64,000 nucleotides of DNA from an uncultured bacterium (GCA_963710755.1 CAVQBK010000003.1:224001-288000); one strand, 5' to 3'. Numbered from the stretch's first letter, positions 1 through 10,448 are shown. Numbers and translations: made by a program. The notes: a model not told the origin generated them from the letters alone.

Positions 1-839
1 CGAAAAGCTGTATTGGTGCCGTCCGAATAGACCTCCACCGTGGCGTCCGCAAAAGCCGTGGGCGTCACCCCTTCCGAGTTTTTGGCGCTGTGCAGACCGG
101 CGGAAATAGCCTTTTTTAATTTATTAAAAGTGGCTGTGCCGTCGTAGGTGACCGTCACTTCCAGGGCCGCTTCACTGCCGATCTGGACGTTCATTTTTTC
201 CCCGCTGGTTACAGTGGGCACGCTGGTGTGGCTGCCGCTGATCAGACCCGTGGGCAGCGGCATGGTCGAGGCACTGGTGGCCACGGTAACGGTGATCAGC
301 TTGGAATCATTGTTGATGATTTTTTCCGCATAACGGCTGTTGCTTTCCGTGACGCTCAGGTTGAGGAATTGTTCGCTGGAGAGCGGCTGGGCATCATCTT
401 CGTCACTGACATAGCGGGTCACCGTAAGATTAAAAAGGCTGGCCGGATCATCGGTGTTGTAATCAATATCCACCCGCAGGGTGTTGCCCCAGGCTCCGGG
501 GCTGAGGGCCGACACGGTCAGCACCGTGCTGCTGCCGTCGGTAATCTCGATGTCCGCCGTGGCATAAGTGCCGGCTTTGGCCGTGCGCACCACATAGGCC
601 TCGGTGCCGCCGTTTAAAAAGAACTGATTGATGGCATAGCTGGCCGGACTCTTGGCCGAGAGGCCGCCGAAGAGGCGGTTGAAATCGGACAAACTTTGAA
701 TGCGCACGGCTTTGTCCATGGGGCCTTCCTTGAAGAAATCCACGAAAGCGGCAATGGAAGTGGCCACCCCTGTGATGGTGTGCACTCCGCTGGGAATTTC
801 CTCTACATACACGCCGGGATAAGTGTACTGCTGAGGCAT
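1..839 (-). CDS. Phage-tail/eCIS contractile sheath protein, N-terminal part (continues off the left edge)
   Basis: Not in the ORF track. Manual translation from ATG at 839 gives MPQQYTYPGVYVEEIPSGVHTITGVATSIAAFVDFFKEGP...AINQFFLNGGTEAYVVR...ALSPGAWGNTLRVDI. PGVYVEE and FFxNGG are sheath signatures; AGGAGG RBS at 845-850. Confidence 0.92.
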   Translation of the reverse strand, partial: MPQQYTYPGVYVEEIPSGVHTITGVATSIAAFVDFFKEGPMDKAVRIQSLSDFNRLFGGLSAKSPASYAINQFFLNGGTEAYVVRTAKAGTYATADIEITDGSSTVLTVSALSPGAWGNTLRVDIDYNTDDPASLFNLTVTRYVSDEDDAQPLSSEQFLNLSVTESNSRYAEKIINNDSKLITVTVATSASTMPLPTGLISGSHTSVPTVTSGEKMNVQIGSEAALEVTVTYDGTATFNKLKKAISAGLHSAKNSEGVTPTAFADATVEVYSDGTNTAF

Positions 840-1550
840 AATGACCTCCTTTCGAAAATGAAATGATAAGTAGCTTTAAGAGCAGGCCTTACGGTTAAAA
901 TTTGGTTACAGCATCCGGGCGGTGCCGGACCCAAGGCTTGAAAGGCAAGGGTAAAAAGAGAAAACATACGCGGGAAAGCATGACGTCTCATAGCGGCTAT
1001 CCTTTCGTGGACCACGAAGGTGTCAATTCCACTACCAAGTACTGCATGCCATAGAAGGACTGCCCAAAGAACAGACGCTCCTTAAACGGAACGCGATTCC
1101 TTGGCCATGCATTGAGTGAGATTAAGGCTAATACCTTGCGAGACTGTTGAGGACTACTGAAAGAGGGAGAAGAAGAGAATGCGTGAGACGCTGTTGTCGG
1201 ACGACGAGCCAACCTTATACCCGGTCCCAAAACTTGTCAATTATTTTTTATGCATTTCTGCTGCCGAACCCTGAGAAGGCATGAGCGCAACAACTTGGCC
1301 GGCGCGCCGGATGTTGAGCCTCTGCCCTAAGCCATCGCTTGGTTAATGCCGAGAAAATGCTTCCGCCGACGCCGGCCTATTTCCAACCCATTTAATGGCC
1401 ACGCCGTTGGCCGTGTAGTACCGGCGTTGACCAACGATACTGTCCTATTGGTTGTTGAACTAATAATATGTTATATAATTCAAAGTAGCTTAACCGATTC
1501 CGCCATCATAAAGTTATGACGTCGCCCCAATAATAACAAGGGAGCTTAAA

Positions 1551-4046
1551 ATGGAGCGCATCGTTAAATCTGATAAACCTTCGCGCCACGTCAAGCAACC
1601 GCTTCCCCCACAGCGGTCCGGTGCCGCCCTACCCCACACCCTGGCCCAGAAGAAAACCACATGTGTCTGCGACGGCAGCTGTCCCCGTTGCCAAGGGGAC
1701 AACACCTTATCCTCCAATACTATCGCCCCGTTGCCTACCGCTCTCACCGGCGGCCGGCCCCTGGATGAGCCTACCCAACTATGGATGTCCAGCCGGTTTA
1801 ACCATGATTTCAGTTCCGTACGGATTCATACCGGCGCCGCGGCGGAAGCAAGCGCCAGCGCCGTCAATGCCAGGGCCTTTACCCAAAAAAACCATATTAC
1901 CTTTAACTTCGGAGAATATGCGCCGCATACGGCCAGCGGTCAGCACTTATTGGCCCATGAATTAACCCATGTGGTCCAGCAAGCAGCCGGTCCCTTTGGT
2001 AATCAAAAAAGGATACACTTCGATAAGCGTACGGAAAAAGAAGCCCGCGATGTTGCCGGTAAGCTAACCAATGCCAGGCAGCCCCTCACCGTTAAAGAAC
2101 AGTGTGCCCCCGGTCTGGCGCGGTCGCCGCGGTCATTGGTGGAAACCCTGAATTACCCGTCTATGTCCTCCGTCGACCTTTACCGCGAATATAATCTTAT
2201 ACGTCAATGGCTTAGTGATGCTGCCCATGAAGGCAGCAGTGAAGAACGTTATAAATTGGAGACGGCTTTACAAATCATAGAGCCGCTGTTATCAGGCGGT
2301 GGCCCGGCTTCAAAACCAAGGCCAAGAGCGGTTAAAAAGAAAAAGCAGGCGGACATGCCTGCGCAAGCCCTGGCCGCACCACTGCCCCGGTCAGTGGCCG
2401 CGCAGTATTCAGATGCTAAATTGGATAATGAAATACGCCGGATTGAGGTGTGGCTGGCCGGCCAGGTGGAAAACAATGAACAAACCCATGCTATGAGCCA
2501 GGCCTTAAAACAGTGGCAAGCAGAAAAGCGCCGGCGGCAAAGGCCAAACGCAGAAGCCGCCCGGCCGCCGGAACCGGCTTCTCTCGATAGTAATTTGAAT
2601 ACCGATCAGCTGACCGATGAGGAAATCAAACTGGAACTAACCCATATCGAGGCTTGGATAAAGGCCCAGGTCGAAAATACGGAAGACCTATACCGATTAA
2701 AACGAGCCCGGGAACGGCTGAAAGAAACTTTGCATGACCGCGCCTTACAAGCCTTTTATAAACGAGAAATGAAAAAATTAAAATCCCGGGAAGCCAAAAA
2801 GAAAGCCTTGCAGAAGATGAAAGAAAAAGGATTGCCTGCCTTGGTGCTGGCCTATTTAAACAAGCCCCATTTATTTAAAGGACCAAAGTCTTTGGTGGCC
2901 ACGATCAAAGAAAAGACGGTACATATCCGATATCTCGATGGCTCCGATGCCTATGATATTCAGGGATTTTTAATACCTTTAAACGGGATGATCCTGAAAG
3001 CAAACTGGACAACCTATTCCAGCCGCATCGGCAACATACCTTGGTATGCCAAATTTATTTTGAACCGGCCGGCCATGGATCAACACGAGTACGTCTTCGC
3101 TATGGCCAATAGTGAAATCAAACAACGGCTCTATGTCTTGCATTTAATGGCTCAGGGGCTGTCGTTGGAGCAAGCCAATAAGAAATTGAAGACATTGATG
3201 ACAGCCAATTTTGATATTATGAAAATAACGGCCACGCAGGTTGTGCCCTACATTGCGGGAGAAACCTTATTTATGCCTTCCGAACCGGGACTGCCCACTT
3301 CCAAACGAGGCCGGGCCGGCAGGGCCGCGCCGGCACCAAAGGCAAGTGCCGCGCCGGTTGAAACACCGGCCGCGCCGGCAAAAGCAAGGTCAGCAACCGC
3401 CCGGCCTGCGACAGAATCACCGGCATCGGTGGTATCCCCAACCATGCGGCCGCAAAACGCAGGCGGACTGAAACGGCTGAGCGATGAAGCCAAAGCCACC
3501 TTAACCAAGTCCGGTCTCTTCACCGGTGCCTGGCGGCAGCGTTTGCACAGTATCCAACAGACGGTGGTTGACTTCATTAATGATTTTCATTCTGCCCCTG
3601 GTTTTGAAAAAGTAGTGCAGGACTGGCTGGCCAAAGGGAACAAACGTAAGGGTGCTGCTTTTGTTATCCGCTTTGCAAAAGAACTCATACAAAAAGTGCC
3701 CAAAGCCAAACGCTATATGTCCTTTGAAAGAAAACTGGCCTTTTTACCGGGTGGTAAATCTGCCCGAGAAATTGATATCGTGGTTGGCGGCATGCGCTAT
3801 GAGTTGAAATCCTGGCAGCGTTTATACAGCCGAACGGTCAGAAAACAGTTCCTCAAAGATATGGCCCTGATTGGTGATCCTAATAAGTTGAAATGGGTGT
3901 TTGACAGTAGTAAAATAGCGCTGAACGCAAAAGCCATTGCGGCCCAAATCCGGCAAATACTGACATCGGAAAAGTCTTTTGTCCGCAACTATCCGGGTTT
4001 GCAAACCTGGCTGGATGCCTTGGAAAAAATTGTTCACGTAAAATAA
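1551..4046 (+). CDS. DUF4157 (eCIS core domain) protein with C-terminal PD-(D/E)xK-like nuclease; putative eCIS cargo toxin
   Basis: CVCDGSCPRC, then DFSSVRIHTG...ARAFT...HLLAHELTHVVQQ (DUF4157 HExxH). Ala/Pro linker; C-terminal EIDIVVGGMRYELKSW (D...ExK). GGAG RBS. Confidence 0.85.
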   Translation: MERIVKSDKPSRHVKQPLPPQRSGAALPHTLAQKKTTCVCDGSCPRCQGDNTLSSNTIAPLPTALTGGRPLDEPTQLWMSSRFNHDFSSVRIHTGAAAEASASAVNARAFTQKNHITFNFGEYAPHTASGQHLLAHELTHVVQQAAGPFGNQKRIHFDKRTEKEARDVAGKLTNARQPLTVKEQCAPGLARSPRSLVETLNYPSMSSVDLYREYNLIRQWLSDAAHEGSSEERYKLETALQIIEPLLSGGGPASKPRPRAVKKKKQADMPAQALAAPLPRSVAAQYSDAKLDNEIRRIEVWLAGQVENNEQTHAMSQALKQWQAEKRRRQRPNAEAARPPEPASLDSNLNTDQLTDEEIKLELTHIEAWIKAQVENTEDLYRLKRARERLKETLHDRALQAFYKREMKKLKSREAKKKALQKMKEKGLPALVLAYLNKPHLFKGPKSLVATIKEKTVHIRYLDGSDAYDIQGFLIPLNGMILKANWTTYSSRIGNIPWYAKFILNRPAMDQHEYVFAMANSEIKQRLYVLHLMAQGLSLEQANKKLKTLMTANFDIMKITATQVVPYIAGETLFMPSEPGLPTSKRGRAGRAAPAPKASAAPVETPAAPAKARSATARPATESPASVVSPTMRPQNAGGLKRLSDEAKATLTKSGLFTGAWRQRLHSIQQTVVDFINDFHSAPGFEKVVQDWLAKGNKRKGAAFVIRFAKELIQKVPKAKRYMSFERKLAFLPGGKSAREIDIVVGGMRYELKSWQRLYSRTVRKQFLKDMALIGDPNKLKWVFDSSKIALNAKAIAAQIRQILTSEKSFVRNYPGLQTWLDALEKIVHVK

Positions 4047-4176
4047 CAGGGACAACTGCACTAATGCCCCGGTAGAACCCCTGGGCCAAAGCCCGGGGCA
4101 CCACCATACACTCTCGCCCTTCCGGCGCAGCCGGGTAAAGTGCCGGAGTATGTCCATCCAGAGGAGGAATTTATCC

Positions 4177-4374
4177 ATGCCTATTGTTCGCGTTGAAGTT
4201 TGGAAAGGAAGATCACAGGAAGTTAAAAAGGCTTTGGCCAATGATGTCACCGCTGCCGTGGTCAAGAATATCGGTTGCCAATCAGAAGCCGTCACCGTGA
4301 TTATTGATGAAGTGGAAAAAGAAAATTGGTTTATCGGTGCCCAAGACTGTCAGGAGCTTTATCCTAAGGCCTAA
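4177..4374 (+). CDS. 4-oxalocrotonate tautomerase family protein
   Basis: MPIVRVEVWKGRSQEVKKALANDVT...VIIDEVEKENWFIG with catalytic Pro after Met; GAGGAGG RBS favours start 4177 over 4150. Confidence 0.9.
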   Translation: MPIVRVEVWKGRSQEVKKALANDVTAAVVKNIGCQSEAVTVIIDEVEKENWFIGAQDCQELYPKA

Positions 4375-4804
4375 TCTTGGACCTCGCCAATCCTTAATTG
4401 GCCTTTGCCATCGCCGGCGAGGGTTAGACCATAAATCCGTATTCTTTTCATTAAAAAGAGGGACAACGTTAACCTGTATCGGAGGGAATGCAAGAGGACC
4501 TGGCGCCAACCGCCAAGCCAGCGGGCAAATAAGTAATTAGGTAATACCTGGAGTCCCCCAAGAAGAGCCTGGAAAATCAGCCCCGCCTTGGATAACGGGA
4601 TCGGCTTGGAATGACCAGACAGGGCATTAAGTCAATTTTTTAAGGTCATAGGGTATTCCGGCAGGCAATTTTTCATTGTTAAAATACGCCTAAATCTTTT
4701 ATGATCACAAGGGCCCACCTCCCGGGGGGAGGAATTTAAGGATTGTTCATTTCCAAGCCAATGGCCACTCTCTTGTGTCCATGAAAGTGAGGTAATTCCA
4801 CCAT

Positions 4805-5647
4805 ATGTGGCGTCATAAAATCTGGATTTATCTTATGCCCCTAATATTACTTTTGCTAACCGGTTGTTCGGAGGCCGTGCTTTTTCATCCCCAAGGACAG
4901 ATCGGCCGGGAAGAGGAAATGGTGATCCTCGTCACCGGAGGGCTGATGCTGCTCATCGTTATTCCGGTTATTTTTTTAACGCTGCTGTTTGCCTGGAAAT
5001 ACCGTGCCTCTAGGAAGAACGGAACCTCCGCCCCGAAACCTCTGAAATCGAAATTTCTGGAAGCGTCCATGTGGCTGGCCCCGGCCTTGATTGTCTGCAT
5101 CCTGTCCGTTATCTCCTGGACCATGTCTCATCGGCTTGATCCTTTCCGTCCGATTGAAGGCAAGGGTACGCCCCTGGTGATCCAGGTCATTGCGCTGGAC
5201 TGGAAATGGCTGTTCGTCTACCCCGATCAAACGGTGGCCTCTGTCAATGAAGTTGCCTTTCCCGTGAACGTACCCGTCCACTTTCTCATCACCTCGGATA
5301 CGGTCATGAATTCTTTTTTCATTCCCCAGCTCGGCAGCCAGATCTATGCCATGGCCGGGATGCGGTCCGAATTGTTTCTGATTGCCGACCAGGCCGGCGA
5401 CTACGCGGGATTTTCCGCCAACATTAGCGGGGTCGGCTTCAGCGGCATGAAGTTTACCGCCCGGGCCCTGCCGGCGGAACAGTTTGAGGCCTGGATCCAA
5501 ACCGCGCGGACGGCTCCTTTGCATTTGGACCAACAGGCCTATCTCCGGCTGAAGCTGTCCAGCAAAAATAACCCGGTGGCCTATTATTCGACCGCCGATC
5601 CCAAGCTTTTTTCCGATGTCATTAGTGACTATTCCTATGGACACTAA
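4805..5647 (+). CDS. cyoA: Quinol oxidase subunit II (lipoprotein)
   Basis: Lipobox LLTGC; ALDWKWLFVYP, SDTVMNSFFIPQLGSQIYAMAGM, SANISGVGFSGMKF; no CuA cysteines. Confidence 0.95.
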   Translation: MWRHKIWIYLMPLILLLLTGCSEAVLFHPQGQIGREEEMVILVTGGLMLLIVIPVIFLTLLFAWKYRASRKNGTSAPKPLKSKFLEASMWLAPALIVCILSVISWTMSHRLDPFRPIEGKGTPLVIQVIALDWKWLFVYPDQTVASVNEVAFPVNVPVHFLITSDTVMNSFFIPQLGSQIYAMAGMRSELFLIADQAGDYAGFSANISGVGFSGMKFTARALPAEQFEAWIQTARTAPLHLDQQAYLRLKLSSKNNPVAYYSTADPKLFSDVISDYSYGH

Positions 5648-5686
5648 GAACCACGTGGCTGTAAAAACGCCTCTAGAGGAGAGATC

Positions 5687-7657
5687 ATGTTTGGTAAACT
5701 GAGCCTGGCCGCGCTTCCCCTGAAAGACCCGCTTACGTTTGGCGCTTTTATATTTCTTGTACTGGCCGTCATCGCCGTGGCCCTTCTGATCACCTACCTG
5801 CACAGATGGAGGTGGCTGTGGAAAGAATGGCTGACCTCGGTGGATCATAAAAAAATCGGCGTCATGTATATCGTGGTGGCCAGCATGATGGGGCTGCGCG
5901 CTTTTATTGACGGCGTGATGATGCGCTCCCAGCAGGCCGTGGCCTTTGGCCCGGGCCAGGGACCCTTCAGTCCCGAGCTTTACAACCAGGTGTTCAGCGC
6001 TCATGGCACCATCATGATTCTGTTTATGGCCATGCCACTCCTGATCGGCCTGATTAATATTGTGGTGCCCTTGCAAATCGGCACCCGCGACGTGGCTTTT
6101 CCTTTCATGAATTCCATCAGCTTTTACCTGTTTGTGGTGGGCGCCGTGCTTGCCAACCTTTCCCTGGGCATTGGGCAGTTCTCCCAAGCCGGGTGGTCCG
6201 GCTATGCCCCCCTCACGGAAATCGGCTTTTCCCCGGGGGTGGGCGTCGATTATTACATCTGGAGTGTTGAAATATCGGGGATTGGAACCCTGCTCACGGG
6301 CATCAATTTTTTGGTCACCATACTGAGGCAGCGCGCGCCCGGCATGAGTTTGATGAAGATGCCGGTTTTCACCTGGACGGCTTTTTTCAGTTCCGTACTG
6401 ATCATTGGCGCTTTTCCCGTGCTCACCGTGGTCCTGGGACTTTTAGCCCTTGACCGCACTGCGGGCATGCACTTCTTTACCAATGCGCTTGGCGGCAACC
6501 CCATGATGTATGTGAACCTTTTTTGGGCCTGGGGCCATCCTGAGGTTTATATCCTGATCCTGCCTGCATTTGGAGTATTTGCCGAGACTTCAGCCACCTT
6601 CAGCGGTAACCCCTTGTTTGGCTACAAGTCCGTGGTGATGGCCACCCTGGCCATCGTGGTGCTTTCCTATTCGGTTTGGGTTCATCACTTTTTTACCATG
6701 GGCGCCGGCGGCAATGTGAACGCCGTGTTTGGCATATCGACCATGCTGATTGCCATCCCCACGGGCGTGAAGATATTAAATTGGTTGTTTACCATGTTTC
6801 GGGGCAGACTCCGGTATCATACGCCTGTGCTCTGGACGCTTGGGTTTATGGTGCTCTTTACCATCGGCGGCATGACGGGCATGATGCTCGCCATGCCGCC
6901 CGCTGATTTCGTACTGCATGCCAGCATGTTTTTGATTGCTCACTTTCACAATGTGATCGTCGGCGGTACTGTATTTGGCGCCATGGCCGGTTTCATCTAC
7001 TGGTTCCCAAAGGCCTTTGGGTTTAAACTTCACGAGCGCCTGGGCAAATCCGCCTTCTGGCTGTTCGCCAGCGGCTTTGTTCTCACTTTTGGACCGATGT
7101 ATATTCTGGGGTTTATGGGCATGACCCGGCGGCTTAATTATACAGAGAACCCCGCCTGGCGGCCTTTGCTCTGGATAGCGGCCCTTGGCGTGACCGTTTT
7201 TGCGCTCAGCTTACTTACCATGGCCATTCAATTGATCGTGAGCATACGCCAGCGCAAGCAAAACCGGGATCTCACGGGAGACCCCTGGGACGGCCGCACC
7301 CTTGAATGGTCCGTGCCTTCACCGCCACCGAGTTACAATTTTGCCATTATTCCCACGGTCACCGAACGCGATGCGTTTTGGGCGGCGAAGCAAAGCGGCC
7401 AAGGGAAAGCGCCTCAAGACTATAAGGATATTATGGAGCCGTGTAATACGTCGGCCGGTCTTTTTATCGGCGTCTTCAGTCTGCTTTTCGGATTTGCCAT
7501 GATTTGGCAGATCTGGTGGCTCGCCATCTTCGGCGTGATCGGTGTTATCGTAACCTTGATTATCCGCACGTCCAATGATCATATTTATAAAATGATAAGC
7601 GCTGAAGAAGTCCGGCGGGAAGACCTGGCCGCCTCAATGGGGCAGGCCGGGCATTAA
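5687..7657 (+). CDS. cyoB: Quinol oxidase subunit I (heme-copper oxidase)
   Basis: MFGKLSL start, [31 protein letters not shown]; N-terminus colinear with E. coli CyoB. Confidence 0.97.
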   Translation: MFGKLSLAALPLKDPLTFGAFIFLVLAVIAVALLITYLHRWRWLWKEWLTSVDHKKIGVMYIVVASMMGLRAFIDGVMMRSQQAVAFGPGQGPFSPELYNQVFSAHGTIMILFMAMPLLIGLINIVVPLQIGTRDVAFPFMNSISFYLFVVGAVLANLSLGIGQFSQAGWSGYAPLTEIGFSPGVGVDYYIWSVEISGIGTLLTGINFLVTILRQRAPGMSLMKMPVFTWTAFFSSVLIIGAFPVLTVVLGLLALDRTAGMHFFTNALGGNPMMYVNLFWAWGHPEVYILILPAFGVFAETSATFSGNPLFGYKSVVMATLAIVVLSYSVWVHHFFTMGAGGNVNAVFGISTMLIAIPTGVKILNWLFTMFRGRLRYHTPVLWTLGFMVLFTIGGMTGMMLAMPPADFVLHASMFLIAHFHNVIVGGTVFGAMAGFIYWFPKAFGFKLHERLGKSAFWLFASGFVLTFGPMYILGFMGMTRRLNYTENPAWRPLLWIAALGVTVFALSLLTMAIQLIVSIRQRKQNRDLTGDPWDGRTLEWSVPSPPPSYNFAIIPTVTERDAFWAAKQSGQGKAPQDYKDIMEPCNTSAGLFIGVFSLLFGFAMIWQIWWLAIFGVIGVIVTLIIRTSNDHIYKMISAEEVRREDLAASMGQAGH

Positions 7658-7675
7658 GCGAAAAGAGAGGAATTC

Positions 7676-8275
7676 ATGAGCAATTCAACTGTACAAGAGC
7701 CCATCTACGGGGGGAGCGAAATTGCTTCTACCCGCTTATTCGGCTTCTGGGCTTATATCATGAGTGATTTAGTGCTGTTTGGAACCTTGTTTGTGACTTA
7801 TGCCGTTCTTTCCCGGAATTATGCAGGCGGGCCCACGGGAAAGGAACTCTTTAATCTGCGTGGGGTTCTGATGGAAACTTTTTTCCTTCTCACCAGCAGC
7901 TTTACTTACGGCCTGGCCACCGTATCGGCCGCCAAAGGCAGGCGCGGATGGTTGCTCGGGTTTATGGCCGTCACCTTTGCTCTTGGCGCCGGCTTTGTGG
8001 CCCACGAAATCCATGAATTCTCAGGATTGGTGGCAGCCGGGCATGGACCGGGGACAAGCGCCTTTTTATCCGCCTTTTTCACGCTCGTGGGGACCCATGG
8101 CCTTCACGTCAGTGTGGGCCTCCTCTGGATGGCGGTCCTGGCCGTACAGCTTGCCGCCAAAGGGCTTACACCGGCCACCAGCATTCGAGTAAAGACGCTG
8201 GGCTTGTTCTGGCACTTTCTGGACATTATCTGGATCTGTCTTTTTACCTTTGTTTATCTTATGGGGGCAATGTAA
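7676..8275 (+). CDS. cyoC: Quinol oxidase subunit III
   Basis: FGFWAYIMSD, SAFLSAFFTLVGTHGLHV, LFWHFLDIIWI. Confidence 0.95.
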   Translation: MSNSTVQEPIYGGSEIASTRLFGFWAYIMSDLVLFGTLFVTYAVLSRNYAGGPTGKELFNLRGVLMETFFLLTSSFTYGLATVSAAKGRRGWLLGFMAVTFALGAGFVAHEIHEFSGLVAAGHGPGTSAFLSAFFTLVGTHGLHVSVGLLWMAVLAVQLAAKGLTPATSIRVKTLGLFWHFLDIIWICLFTFVYLMGAM

Positions 8276-8602
8276 ATGAATAATCCTTATGTTCCTCACG
8301 CCAAGCCCGGAGAACTCCGGGATTACACCATCGGCTACCTGCTGTCCCTTCTTCTGACCGTGGTGCCCTTTATTCTGGTAATGAATAAGGTGCTTTCCGC
8401 AACCATGGCCATCGTGGTGATCAGTGCCCTGGCGGTAACGCAAATGGCCGTGCACTTGACCTTATTTCTTCGCCTTCACAAGGCGTCGGACGAGCCCTTC
8501 AAACTTACCATCTTTTATTATACGCTGATTATTCTGGCCATCTTAGTGGGCGCTTCCATTTGGATTATGCATCATCTGGATATGTATCATATGGTGCCTT
8601 GA
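8276..8602 (+). CDS. cyoD: Quinol oxidase subunit IV
   Basis: YTIGYLLSLLLTVVPF, AVTQMAVHLTLFLRL, GASIWIM; three TM helices; operon position. Confidence 0.92.
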   Translation: MNNPYVPHAKPGELRDYTIGYLLSLLLTVVPFILVMNKVLSATMAIVVISALAVTQMAVHLTLFLRLHKASDEPFKLTIFYYTLIILAILVGASIWIMHHLDMYHMVP

Positions 8603-8649
8603 GCAAGCTCAAACAACGGCATTGAACAATACGGGAAGGGGTAACAACC

Positions 8650-9594
8650 ATGACATCTTTAAAAGCTTATACTTTACTGGCCTCCATCGCTTTGGCGTCG
8701 GTGTGTATTCTTATGGTTTTGGGAGGCGCTGTAAGCTTCATGGGGGCCGCCAAAGCCATCCCTGATTGGCCCTCAACCTTCGGGAGTATCCTGCCTCCGG
8801 CTGAACTGGGGGCCTTCGTCGAATACCTGCACCGGGTCATGGCGGTCATTGTGGGTCTGTTGGTCGTGGCCCTGGCCGTCATAGGACTGCTTAAGTTCCG
8901 TGCCCGGCCCTGGCTCCTGGTGCCGCCGCTTCTGACGATGGTATTGCTTGCCGTTGTTTCCACCGTGGGCGCCTTGGTTGTTCTCGGCTCCGTGTCGCCC
9001 ATCGTCGCGGCCGTGGATGTAGCCAGTGCCCTGATGGTGCTGGCCTTGATGGTCACCATGGTTCAGGTCGGCCTTTATCTCCTGCGCCATCCTCAGGGCA
9101 CTATCCGCCTTGGCTTCCGGGATCCCTTTTCCAAGTTGGCGCTTAGTGCCACTGCCGTATTGTATGTGGTCTTGTTATCCGGTCTTTCCGTGGGCATCCC
9201 CAGCCCTGCCAACTGCCTGGGCCTGCCCCTGTGGAACCATGCCTTATCCCTGGCCGGCCATGGGTCTTGGCTGCGAACAGGGCACTTCCTTTTATCCAAC
9301 GTGGCCGTCGTGCTCGTCTTCCTGGTGGCCATAACGTCCTGGACCCAATCGCGTCTGCAAACCCCACGGCGGTTTTTGGCTACCGCTGCCTTCCTATTGC
9401 TGATCACCTCCATAGGTGCCAGTGAGCTGGCGGCAGCCCATGGCTTTCCCTGGTCCCTGATGGCCATCCGCGTTTCCACGGCAACCTTGCTTTGGGCCGC
9501 GCTCACGGCATTGGTGGTTCACGAAGGCTTGCAAGCAGCGCTTCCTGAAACTGAAAAGGAATTAAGTGCTGTTGACAGCCTTAACCTGATATGA
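8650..9594 (+). CDS. COX15/CtaA (heme A synthase)-like membrane protein, degenerate
   Basis: PDWP and EYLHR motifs, about 8 TM helices, next to ctaB; several conserved Cys/His residues are missing. Confidence 0.75.
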   Translation: MTSLKAYTLLASIALASVCILMVLGGAVSFMGAAKAIPDWPSTFGSILPPAELGAFVEYLHRVMAVIVGLLVVALAVIGLLKFRARPWLLVPPLLTMVLLAVVSTVGALVVLGSVSPIVAAVDVASALMVLALMVTMVQVGLYLLRHPQGTIRLGFRDPFSKLALSATAVLYVVLLSGLSVGIPSPANCLGLPLWNHALSLAGHGSWLRTGHFLLSNVAVVLVFLVAITSWTQSRLQTPRRFLATAAFLLLITSIGASELAAAHGFPWSLMAIRVSTATLLWAALTALVVHEGLQAALPETEKELSAVDSLNLI

Positions 9595-10448
9595 ACCTTT
9601 GGAAAATTTATTCTTCCCTTTCCCGTTTTTATCTTTCTTTGGCCGTGGCCCTTTCCGGCTTGATCGGCTTTATTTTTTATGAGGGCCGGCTTAATTTAAA
9701 GGCCTTCATGCTTTTGCTGGGAATATTTTTGCTTTCCAATGCCGCTTCTGCCTTGAATCAATATCAGGAGCGAGCCTTGGACGCCCTCCTCCCGCGTACC
9801 CAAAACAGGCCCTTGCCGGCACAGGCTATTTCCATAAAAAGTAGTTGGTTGTTTATATGTTCAACTTGCCTTTCGGGCTTGCTCATTTTACTTTTGGGCG
9901 CAAATTTATTAACAGCCGTTTTAGGGGCTTTTAATTTGCTGTGGTATGGTGCGGTTTACACGCCTTTAAAAATGAAAACAAAATATGCCGTATTTTTAGG
10001 CGCCATTTGTGGGGTTATCCCGCCTATCATGGGCTGGACCGCGGCCGGCGGGTCGATGTTTAATTATAAAATTGTCTTTATTGCCTTATTTGTATTTTTA
10101 TGGCAAATCCCTCATGTTTTTCTTCTGCATTTAAAATATCAGAATGAGTTTGAATCGGCAAAGATGCCTTTAATTTTATCCACTTCCGACCAGCTTAAAA
10201 ATAGAAGGTTGGTGTTTTATTGGATCTTAGCCACGATCTTGTGCACTTTTCTATATCCATTTTTTAATATTTTTAACAAAAGTTGGTTGATCATACTTTT
10301 ATTAATAGTCGATGGGGTTGTTCTTCTTTATTCTTTTTATCACTTGTTTTTCATTCCCAAACTTTCAACCAGCATCAACAAATTAATCCTAAGTTTCCAT
10401 TTTTATCAGCTGATTATTTTTGCATTGATTATGCTGGCAACGGAATAA
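9591..10448 (+). CDS. cyoE: Protoheme IX farnesyltransferase (UbiA family)
   Basis: ASALNQYQERALDALLPRTQNRPLP, YTPLK, GAICGVIPPIMGWTA, FLWQIPH; 4-bp overlap with the upstream gene. Confidence 0.9.
   Translation: MNLWKIYSSLSRFYLSLAVALSGLIGFIFYEGRLNLKAFMLLLGIFLLSNAASALNQYQERALDALLPRTQNRPLPAQAISIKSSWLFICSTCLSGLLILLLGANLLTAVLGAFNLLWYGAVYTPLKMKTKYAVFLGAICGVIPPIMGWTAAGGSMFNYKIVFIALFVFLWQIPHVFLLHLKYQNEFESAKMPLILSTSDQLKNRRLVFYWILATILCTFLYPFFNIFNKSWLIILLLIVDGVVLLYSFYHLFFIPKLSTSINKLILSFHFYQLIIFALIMLATE

Noticed and set aside
1-839. Prophage
   Set aside because: No capsid, terminase, integrase or lysis genes in view; the DUF4157 neighbour favours eCIS, though the left context is unseen.
148-1230. Short ORFs listed over and near the sheath gene
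   Set aside because: Shadow frames of the unlisted minus-strand sheath CDS, or intergenic ORFs without motifs.
840-1550. Riboswitch or ncRNA in the 700-bp sheath/DUF4157 intergenic region
   Set aside because: No recognisable consensus or strong multi-stem structure by eye; needs an Rfam scan.
4976-6187. 403-aa minus-strand ORF
   Set aside because: Antisense shadow of cyoA/cyoB; no recognisable motif.
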